DNA from: Isurus oxyrinchus
Lineage: Eukaryota
Direction: 5' to 3'
DNA length: 64,000 bases
Assembly: GCA_026770705.1 (NCBI GenBank)
Contig: JANJGN010000034.1
Span: forward strand, 15,128,001-15,192,000
A program made the translations under genes and the position numbers. How positions within the stretch are numbered: position 1 is the stretch's first letter; the number at the start of each line of letters is the position of its first letter. Under the pieces are notes generated by a model. That model worked only from the letters and a program-made list of their open reading frames with translations, did not search any database and was not told the origin of the DNA. Positions 47,994 through 59,600 of this stretch are shown piece after piece.

Positions 47994-50552
47994 CTGTAAT
48001 AGAAACAGAAATGATCAGATTGACAATCAAATTATTGATCCAAATCGAAAATTCTAATCACAATAGATGTATGAATTATTGATACTGAACGGATTTTGGT
48101 TATTGATACTGAATGGGGTTTGATTATTGATACAGGACAGGGTTTGATTATTGATACTGAACGGGATTTGATTATTGATACTGAACAGGATTTGATTATT
48201 GATACTGAACAGGATTTGATTATTGATACTGAGCAAGGTTTGATTATTGATACTGAACAGGGTTTGATTATTGCTACTGAACTGGGTTTGATTATTGATA
48301 CTGAACGGGGTTTGATTATTGATACTGAATTGGGTTTGATTATTGATTCTGAACGGGGTTTGAATATTGATACTGAACTTTTTTGGGTTTGATTATTGAT
48401 ACTGAATGGAGTTTGATTATTGATAATGAACTGGGTTTGATTATTGATACTGATCTTATTTGGGTTTGATTATTGATACTGAATGGTGTTGGGTTTGATT
48501 ATTGATACTGAGCAGGGTTTGATTATTGAGACTGAAAAGGGTTTGATTATTGATACTGAACGGTGTTTGATTATTGATACTGAACAGGGTTTGATTATTG
48601 ATACTGAACTGGGTTTGATTATTGATACTGAGCAGGGTTTGATTGTTGATACTGAACTTTGTTGGGTTTGATTATTGATACTGAATGGGATTTGATTATT
48701 GATACTGAACTGGGTTCGATTATTGATACTGAACGGTGTTTGATTGTTGATACTGAACTTTGTTGGGTTTGATTATTGATACTGAACTGGGTTTGATTAT
48801 TGATACTGAACTGGGTTTTATTGTTGATACTGAACTTTGTTGGGTTTGATTATTGATACTGAACTGGGTTTGATTATTGATACTGAACTTTGAGGGTTTT
48901 AATTATTGCTGGAGAAAGTTCCAGATTTCCACTCCCCTTTGTTGGAAGAAGTGCTTCTTGATATCACCCCTGAGAGGCCTGTCTCAAATTATAATGTTCT
49001 GGTCCCTTGTCCTGTCTCCTCACTCCATAGGTCGTGGAAATGAATTCCAATCGTTCCGATACTTACCCCAGTCCTGTCCGACTGCTCGCCTGGGGAGTTA
49101 CTGCCGAAGCGCTCTACTTGGGCTGAATGACCTCTTCCTGTGCTGCTCTCTCTGTATATTTAATTAGAACGCGTTGATGGATCATTGAGAGTCAAATCAG
49201 GATTGGGGGAACAATGAGAAAACACTCCCTTGTTGAATTTAACAACCTTTGTTTTATTTGCTCAATTCTGTTCATTTAACAGTTCATTCTTCATATCCTG
49301 ACATGCTGTTGTGGTTCCAGTATATATCTGGTCAATCGCTGAGGGAGTTTCTACTCGATCTTATTCCCGAGGCTGCAATGGATTTTCTGAGGGAGCAGAA
49401 AATGTCAGTGATCGGATCACGTACAGGAAAGGGTGGAAGAGAGTGGATGAGAGGGAGAGATGAAAGGAAGAAAGGAAGAGTGAATGAGACAGGGAAAAGT
49501 GAAGAGATAGAGTAAGACAGGAGGATAAGCGTGAAATCCTAATGCCAGGATCACAACCGGAATGAATCATGTCAAGTGCCACTGTTGTTCTATTTTGGCA
49601 ATGTCTTGCTTGGTTCTCTGGCAGGAATTGTGTTGACAGTGTGACTGTGTGTCTACATGTTACTGTACTACACATTTATAGGCATCTTATTTGGTTCTGG
49701 CTCACGATCTCTGAGCGATTGGCCCCACGCCCAACCCAGGACTTGGGGTGGGTTTTGAATCTACTCCGGAAAGGAAGAAAAACCTGCATTTATGTAGCGC
49801 TTTTCATAACCTCAGGACATCCCGAAGCATTTCACAATGTGGGTCAATGCACCCAGTGCCAACACTGAGGGAGTACTGCAATGTTGGACGAGACATTAAA
49901 CCAAGGCCCTGTCTGCCTTCTCAGGTAGATGTAAAAGATCCCGTGGACACTATTGGGAGAAGAGCACAGGGAATTCTCCCGAGTTTCTTTTGGTCAACAT
50001 ATATCCCTCAAAATCCCAACATGACCTAGGACAGATTATCTGGCCGTTATCATGTTGCTGTTTGTGGGAGCTTGCTGTGCTCAGATCGGCTACCCCGTTT
50101 CCTACATTACAAGGCCAGAAAAGTATTTCATTCACTTTAAATTGTTTTGGGACATCGTGAGCTTGTGAGAGGTGCTATAGAAATGCAAGGTTCCTCTTGA
50201 AGAAGAGAAGTTTGAGCTGAGGATGTTGAAGAACAACCAATTAAACCTTGGCACTTACTTCCTCACACACTTGAAGATAAAAAATGCATTCAGTCTAGCA
50301 CTCAAAGTGATTCCAGCTCCAAGCAATCCTGCTTTCCATTCATTGGAGGCTGCAGCTGTAGAAAGAGCCAATGAATGACTCCGGTACAGTTTTACAATTG
50401 TTCTCAGATGTGCACGTAATCATTCTGAACTTGTGATGACTCAATCTGACTGACAGTAAAGTCCAATTGATCAACTTCGGTCTTAGGAGTAGCCAGGTTA
50501 ATAGAGGTGGCAAGAGAAACTCATGGGTGTGTGTTCTTGCTGTTTAGGAGAG

Positions 50553-50596
<44 letters not shown>

Positions 50597-50601
50597 TACG
50601 T

Positions 50602-50638
<37 letters not shown>

Positions 50639-53600
50639 TTTGTCTACATCTGTGTTAGCATGTGTGTGAGTTTGTGTGTGAGTGGGTTTGTGTGTGTTTC
50701 CATGTGTGTGTGAATGGGTTTGTGTGTGTCTCCATGTGTGTGTGAGTGGGTTTGTGTGTGTCTCCGTGTGTGTGCTCATGTATCTTCTATGTCTGTCTAT
50801 GTGTGTGCGTATGTGTGTGAAAGATTCTGTGTGTCTCTATGCGCATCTGTATTTCTGTGTATTTGTGTGTGGACATGTAACTGCCAGGGACGCCTCTACC
50901 ACAAAGACCAGCCTGTTACTATCACCAACATAGTTGCAGCAAAAGTGTCTTTGTAAATCCAACTTCCTTGTCGATGCCAATTTGCTCATATCTAAAGAAT
51001 TTTTGAAGTTTTTATACACTCAGATTCAACAGTGATGGTTATGAACCCCTTCACTGCTCCATGTTCATTCTCTGCCACACACTTATAGCCTCCAGTGTCC
51101 CTGGATGTAACGCAAGGAATCACCAACCACAACTCATTTTTGGAACTTGTTCTGTTCATTGGGACATTAAGATGTCGCCATGTCAGGTTAGAAGCTGGGA
51201 AGCTCTCGACAGAGCAGATTATCACTGCAGAATTCCCCTCAACTATATTGATCGATGAAGTGTCAATCATATCAAGAGAAGTAATTGAGAGATTCTGTGA
51301 TGCGTCTAAAAACAAATAAAGATCAGTTAATTTACATTGACTGAAGCACATTGAGACACCCTGAGAATGTGAAAGGTGTGATATCAATGTAGGTTCCTTC
51401 ACCACAAAGCACATAATCCATGCAGACACTTCAGTTCAGTACTGAGGGAGTGCTGCACTGTTGGAGGGTCAGTACTGAGGGAGTGCTGCGCTGTTAGAGG
51501 GTCAGTACTGAGGAAGTGCAGCATTGTTGGAGCGTCAGTACAGAGAGAGCGCTGCACTGTAGGAGGGTCAGTGCACTGGAAGTCCTGCACAGTTCTAAGG
51601 TCAGTACTGAGGTATCGCTGCACTGCTGGAGAATCAGCACTGCGGGAGTGCTGCACTGTCAGAGGGCCAGTACTGAGGGAGTGCTGCTTTGTTAGAGGGT
51701 CAGTCATTCATGTACATGTTGCACAGCAGCGATGCAAGCATGCTTCCCTGAGGCAGACCATTCTTCTGAATATGCCACTTGCTGCACTTCCCACCTAGTT
51801 CAACATAGAACCGGCGATTCTGAAGCATACTCTCTTAAGTGAATATCTTTTGTCATCTCTAGGCTACTGCAGAGGAGATGTCTATGGTTCACTGTATCAT
51901 ATGCTGCTGACAGGTCTACAAAAACAGCACCTGTTACCATTCCTTGCTCAAAACCATCTTCGATATGTTGTGTGAGGTTGAGCAGTTGGCTTGTTGTTGA
52001 TTTGCCGGGGCGGAAACCTGCTTGCTCTGGAATGATCTTCTCATCTACAGTTGGTGCTATCCTTTTGAGTATCAGGCGTTCAAACACCTTATTGGTGTGG
52101 CAAAGCAGTGGGATTGGCCGAAAACTCTTAGGATCTGAGGGATCTTTTCCGGGCTTTAATAGTGTGATTACATATGCCTTCTGCCAAATATTAGGTAGAT
52201 TGTGTGTTGCCAGACAGTGGCTGAACAATTGTAGGAGCCATTTCTTTGCTTGCTGTCCAAAATGCTATATCTGCTCCATTGCTATGTTGTCAAGACCAAT
52301 TGCTTTCCTGTAGTTTAGACTAGATATTCCCGTTTCCAGCTCTTCTATGGAGAATGGTCCAGTGAAGCCAGGGTCAACGGTGTACTTCTTCCTATCCAGT
52401 TGTGCTCTTGGTTGTTTCTTGTTGATTTTTCCATTTAGGAGCAACTAGTGTGCAACTTGGTTTGCAGACACACTTGGATGTTGGGCAGCTTTCTTGGGAT
52501 CGCCTCCAAGTTTGCGTATGAGAGACCATGCCTTCTTGCTGTTTTTTTGTAAGATCTGTTGTCTCTATCAAGGTGTCCCAGGTGTTTTGACACTCTTGAG
52601 AGATACTTAACATCATCCTCTCATCGGTAGATATTGTTTCCTCTGAGAAGGGGTCAGATTCAAACATTGAGACATACTCCCAGTAGAGTTCAGCATTCTC
52701 CTTGGTGAGACCAGAGATGTAGTGTGCTCTACAACCTTGGGGGATCTTCTTTCTGGCTGTTTTCTGGACAGCTTTTGCAAACAGGTTGTAGTGCTCAGGT
52801 AGTGGTTTAATGTTTAACCTTACGGTCAAGTGCTCGTATGAGCCCGTTCCAATTGGCCTTCTTGTAGTTGAAGCACCTTTTGAATGGTACAATGGTTGGT
52901 AACACTGCTGCATTTACCTGGATACCAATAGGACAGTGTTGTGTCTGTCGTATTGGGTCTGTGACAAGCTTCTTGCAGAGGCCAGCGATGTTGTTGCTGA
53001 CAATGGCAAGGTCTGGTTTATAACTACACTTCCAGGGGGCACTGTGGAAGGAGGCTGGCAATTTAGGATCATGGATGAGACTAAGCTGGTTAGCGTCCAT
53101 CTATTCTTCAACTGCTTCTCCATTGCTGTTAGACTCCATGTACCCCCATTGGGTACTGTGGCTATTAAAGTCTCCAATGATGATCTGTAGTTTACTATGC
53201 AGATTGGTTACAGGGTTAGAGAAGTTGAAATCTGTGCCAGGTGGCTTGTACACTGAGGTCACTACTACTTTGCTCAGCTCTACGGTTAGAATTTCGATGT
53301 TGTCCTTCTCTGTTCTAGAAGTGGCTTCTACAACTGAACCAGCTCTAACAAATACAGCACTGCCATATTGTCAATGAGGTCTTTCAATAACCAGGAACAT
53401 TCCTGGTATTTTTGGGCGGTTGTTCTCACTTCCTCTGTGTGTCTCCTGCAGGCAGAGGACATCACACTGCAACTTATTGCATAATGTAGCGAGGAGTTTT
53501 GTTTAGCTACAGAGAACCCTTCAACGTTAGCAGATGTAACAGTCAATGCCGGTCTTGAAAAAGACCTGTGTTTCTGACATCAACGACTTCCGTCTTCAGG

Positions 53601-56600
53601 CATGATGTTGGTACTTGATCAAATGGACACGAATGACCAACCTTTCGATGGTGTCACATGCCATTTTATATATGCTGATGACTTCTGTGTCACTGCCCAA
53701 AGCACTGATTTTAACACCGTGGAGAAAACCCTTTCTGAGGCCTTGGAGGGACTTATATCCTACTATGAAGAAAACCACCTTCGCGCAAACTCATCGAAGA
53801 CGCAAGTTTGTGCATTCCTCCTCAGAAACCGTGAAGCCAAACGCCAGCTTAAAGTAACCTGGTGTGGAGCAACACTGATGCATTGCGAGCACCCTATCTA
53901 CTTAGGAGTCACCCTTGACAGATGCCTCACCTTCAAGAGCCACATCGAAAAGACAAAGGCAAAAGTGAGCGCATGAACCAACATCCTGACTAAGCTCATT
54001 AACACAAAATGGGGAGCAAGCCTGAAAACAATGCGAACCAGTGCACTTGCTCTTTGCTATTCCACTGCCGAATATGCCTGCACTGCATGGGAAAGATCTA
54101 CTCATGCTAAGAAGATGGACGCTGTTCTGAATGCACACTGCCAACTTATCACAGGTTGTTTAAAACCAACAAACACCAACAGCTTATATATCCTGGCGGG
54201 TATCACTCCCCTTGATATAAGAAGAATGGTTGCCAGCCGGAAAGACCGACTCCGTCAAACATCAGGTGAGAGGCACCCTCTACATGGTCATACACCTACA
54301 CCCAGCTGCCTAAAGTCAAGGAAGACCTTCATGAACAGTGTTGTTCCATGACAATCAACCCCATTTGAAGCCCGCATCGCCTTGTGGAAAGACCGGCTCG
54401 CCAGTCTCGAACAACCCCTACAGGATGAAAGCCTTCCCCCAGGAGCTAATTGCAACTGGGCAACCTGGAAGTGCCTTAACAGACTTAGGACTGGTGTAGG
54501 TCTTCAAAGGTGTCACTAAACAAATGGGGATATACAACCAGCCCGACAACTTTTGAAAGTGGAACTGAGTCACAGACTATGCAACATCTCCTGCAATGCC
54601 TATCGCTAGAGTAACCCTGCACTGTTGCAGATCTAGCTGAATTCAACAACAAGGCACATGCTGGGCCATGCATAGACTGTCCGTGGACACGATAAGAAGA
54701 AGAGGGTCAGTACTGAGGGAGTGTTGCGCTTTCGGAGGGACAGTACTGAGGGAGTGCTGTGCTGTCGGAGGGTCAGTACTGAGGGAGCACTGCACTGTCG
54801 GAGGGGCACTATTGAGGGAGTGCTGCTCTGTTGGAAGTGATGTTTCTCATGTAAGCTGTTAAGCCAAGGATCCAACTCATCTCTCAACTGGATGTAAATG
54901 ATCCCATGTTGCTATTCAGTGGAAAGATCTCTCTGGTTAAATATTATGAATAAAAAAACATGACCTGGTTCTCACCGTATTGTTGTTTGTGGAATCTTGC
55001 TGTGCACAAGAATGAAGGATGTCTGTACTTACATTGCACAGTTAGTACGAGGGTCCGCTCCGATGAAACAGATGCATATCTCACTCTGCAGCTGAGAGTG
55101 TGTCCGTGGTGTTTGAGTGATGGGATCAGGGTCAGAACAGAAGTATAGGTCAGAGTGACACCATACTGAGTTACAGTGTTTGAGACTGATCCAGGTATGT
55201 CAGTGGGAGTGTCCCAGGTTAAGACAGGTGCTGCTGTTCCATTGCACGTTGTGTTGAAGGTGCAGCTTACATCCACACGCTTTCCTGCAATAATTTCAGC
55301 AGGGAATATCGTGGGTTTATCTGTGAAATCTAACACACAAAGAATGGATCCTTTTAGAGAAATATAATGTGAAGCATCAGTTCAAATAGAAATCACAGTC
55401 CCACAAGAGAAAGCACTTTTTTAATGATGATGTCAGAACTGAGATTAAATCCAATTCAGAAATACTTTCCTATTTTCTGACTTAGCGGAGGGTCTGTCAC
55501 TCAGCTTAATACACTTTCACTCCGAGACCCTTGATTTGACGAGCGATGTGAGGGCGGAAGAGCAGCTCACAGTTCGGGGAGAACTGGCCCCTCACTTTCT
55601 CAGAAACCTTTTCCAAAGTTAAATTGCAGACTGTCCACAGCAGGCCAGAAAAAGTTTGAAACAACCTTTCAAACAGATGATCAGGTTATTGATCACTTTG
55701 CTGCATGTTGGAGTTTCCTCTGCATAAATTAGCTGTTGTTACTCCTCCATTGCAACTGTCACTACACTTCAAGAATTACTTCACTAACTTTCGAAGCTCT
55801 TTGGGTCGTCCTGAGTTTGTGAAAGGCACTGTCTGTGGGAGCTTGCTGTGCACAAATTGGCTAATGTGTTTCCAACATTACAGCAGTAACCACGATGCAG
55901 AACTTACATCATTGGCTGTAACACAATTTGGGACATCCAGAGGTTTTGAAACGCGCTATAGAAATGCAAGTGTTTTGTCTTTCCTATTTTCAAACTTGGT
56001 GGGGAATCTGTCACTGAGCTGAATACACTTTCACTCCCAGACCCTTGACTTGACAACACTGGGGTGTGGGTGATGGAGCAGCCCACAGCTCATGGAATCC
56101 TGGCTCATCATTCTCTCAGAGATCTGAGTCACTGATCCCATTGCTCTCTGTGGGAGCTTCCTGTGCACAAACTCACTGCCACGTTAGAACAGTGACTACA
56201 AATCAGGAAGTATTTCATTGGCTGTGATGGGATTTGGATTGTCCAGAGTTGGTGAAAGGCGCTTTAGAAATGTGAGTCTTTCTTTTGTTAATACGGAAGA
56301 CTTTTAAGCAGAATTAGAGAGATTGATGGGAATGGATAACATTGATGGACACAGTCAATACATTTAATCATTGATATTAAAGTGAGTAATAGAGGTTGCT
56401 TTAGGACTGAACTGGAAGCTATCACCAGGTTATTGAGAATCAGACAGTGTGTTATAATAAGCTGTGTTTTGTGTTAATACGTAAACGTCACAGTTTGTGT
56501 TATTTCCCATTGAGTGTTGAATGTGAATTATTGAGTAATTGAACCCAAAGGGAAAAGATAAAAAAACTTAAACTTATATTTTGAAAACGGAAATTAGAAC

Positions 56601-59600
56601 AGAAAATGCTGGAAAAACTCAGAAGTTCTGGCAGCATCTGTGGAGAGAGAAACAGAGTTAACATTTCAAGTCCATATGACTCTTCTTCTGCTTCAGAGCA
56701 GAACCCACTGGCTTTCCCAACATTTCCTGTTTTAATTTCAGATTTCCAGCATCTGCAGTATTTTGCTTTTAAAGGCAGAGATTGGGCCTCGGAGTTTGGG
56801 AACTACAGTTCCCATCAGGCCCCGGGGGTGTCTGCACATGCGCCGATCATTGTTTTTCACCATCTCTGGCCTCTGTGCATGTGCTGAAGCCGCAGATTGG
56901 CCTCACGTGCGCAGTTGGCGCGTTGTACCATCTACAGGCCAATAAACGGTCCTGCACATGCGCCCAGTCAGTTTATTTTGTTTTTCCCAGCTGGAAACTG
57001 TTCCTGCATGCCTGCGCAGAAGGGAAAAACCAAGGAAGGAAATGAAACAGCGGGAGTAGAGGGTCAGGCGACCTAGAAGAGGAATGCCATTCCGCAGAAG
57101 AGGCAGAACACGGGAGCCGCAGGGGGGCAGGTCCCAATGAGAAGAAAAAAGTCGAGTGGGACAGAAAGAATCCCCACGAAGACAATCGAGTTAGGGGGTG
57201 AGGACAGGAATCTGAAACAAATCCTGTTAAGTGGAATTGAAAATAAGGAGCGGAAAAGAGTCTCCTAATTAAAGAGACCGAGTTGCGGGGAGCAGACTTG
57301 GAATGAGGTGGGATTAAGAAAAGCCAGAAGACCTGAGGAGGTAGCCGAAGGTCGGTGACTCCTTATTATGGGCTTTCGGAGCAGTGGTGTTCTGTTTGGC
57401 ACAGCCAAATAGGGGTGAGCGTGTGCATGGAAGACGCAGCTTAAGTGCACATAGAGATCCAGGGGAAGGGAACCTTGGAAAGAGAGGTTGAAGCCCTAGA
57501 AGTGTTTCCTTCTTGGAGACGCCTGCGAGAAAGTGTCGTTTGGGAGAGAACGCCAAAGTGAGTTCTTCGAACTTGGAGATTGGAAGCCCTCGTGATAAAG
57601 ACAGGTTTTCAGTGAGACTGGATGGCTCACAGTGTGATGAGGGTCTGGGGGGTTGATGAGAAAGCCAGAGAAATTTGGTTAAATTTTGGTTAAAGGTGGA
57701 CCACAGTTCACCTATTAGTTTACATGGGCTGTATACTTACTGTGAACATTAGAGTATAGGATAGATTTTATAGCTTGTGTTATCTTTCCCAATATGTATA
57801 TATCTGTAAATGTATTCTTGGGGTGAAGGAGTAGTGTAATCTAATTCATCTTTTCTTATTTCATAAGTGTTTTATTCTATTGGTAAAGGTTCATTAGCAG
57901 ACTCCTGTGACTGTTCTATAGCCACTCTCCACATTTCTAAACAAAAAATAAAAGTTAGGGCCTATCAAGCCAGGCTCCACCTTGCGATCTGACTTGTCCA
58001 TCAGTAACATCAGCTGGGATCGTAATACAGCACTTACCAGAAACGTGAAGCTGGGTTGCAGGATAGTAGCTGTAACTATTGCTGCTGTCAAATTCTATTC
58101 TGAAATAATAAGGTCCTACATCTTCCCGTGTGATGTTGTTTATAATCAGGGAACAGTCGCTATCTTTCAGGTCTCCAGACAGCCGGGTTGGATGGCGGAA
58201 CCGTGGTAACTCGTGACTGTGATCCTTGGAGTGAAAGACTATGGGAGCCCAGGGAATCTGTTCCTCTTTATTAAACCAGACTCCAACTCGCGGTTGGTTT
58301 TCCAACTCTGATGGATAACTGTAATGACATGGAATCTGTACACACGAACCTTCCTGCGCTGCCACTTCTCGTGGAATGTCGCATTTCCACTCTTGTGACA
58401 TTCCAACTGGGGAGAGAAAAATCAATATTTAACACTGGACCCTCGACAAATCACTCTGGATCCTCATTGTCTCAGGAATCTCTTTGGATCCTCTTTGGCT
58501 AAGGAATCGCTTTGGGGATTCTGATGCAGCATTGTAGACTGACTTGTCCCCAAGCTCTGCACTGACCCTACTCCAGCAGATACTGTGAAACACACTAACA
58601 AAGCGCCTCTAGCCTGAGCTCTACATATGTCGGAGGTGCGACTATGTTGGGTTCACAAGTTTCACAGATGATCTCACTGTATTTTTATTAGAACTGAACT
58701 GGAACCAACATGGAACCCCTCCTACTCTTCCCCAGTATTCATGATCTCTGCAGCTGGGCTGAAGAGTTGCTGATCACAATGTACACGAACAATTTGAAAT
58801 GAAAAACACAATTTCTAAATTTGAGGAGGACTGCAACAAATTGAAGGAGGATGGTAATAAACTTGTAGAATGGGCAAATGATTGGCAAATATAGTTGAAC
58901 ACAGATAAATGTGAGTTCGTATATTTTGGTAGGAAGCATAAGGAGGCAATTTATTACTTGGAAGATGCAAGACTAGGTCGGGTAGAGAAACGAAAGGATC
59001 TTGGAGTATAAATGTATCAACCACTAAAAGCTGCACCACAGATTAGCAAGGCCAAAAGAGAAGTGAACCAAGCGCTGGATTTTCTTTCTGAAGGAATAGA
59101 ATTGAAAAGTGGGGAAGTTATGTTAAACTTGTCTTGAACCTTGGTTAGACCACACTTAGGCCAGAATTTTTCTGTCGGCGAGTTGGGGATGGGGCCTGCT
59201 CTCTGACACGGAAATGACGTGGGATGACGTCAGGAGGAACCCCCAATGTCATCCCGCCCCATTTAAATATTCAGGAAGGCAGGCAGACAACAAAATCAGC
59301 TGTCTGCCTGCCGACTTGTCAATGGCCAATTGAGGCCATTAACAGGATAATTAACCCAATTAAAGGCCCTGCCCGTCCAATCTTAAGGCTGGTGGGCAGG
59401 CCAGGAGCACTTCCCTCTGGGTAAGGCCCGCCCACTCAAAATGGCGGCGGGGCCCGTTTCAGCGGTGGAGTTCGGCTGCCCGCCCATGCCGAGCAGGTGG
59501 GACCCACCCGCCCATCAAGGGCTAAATTCTGCCCTTAGAGTACTGCGTACAGCTCTAAAAGGCAGGGCCACAGGTAAAAAGGTGATTAAATCAGCAAACC

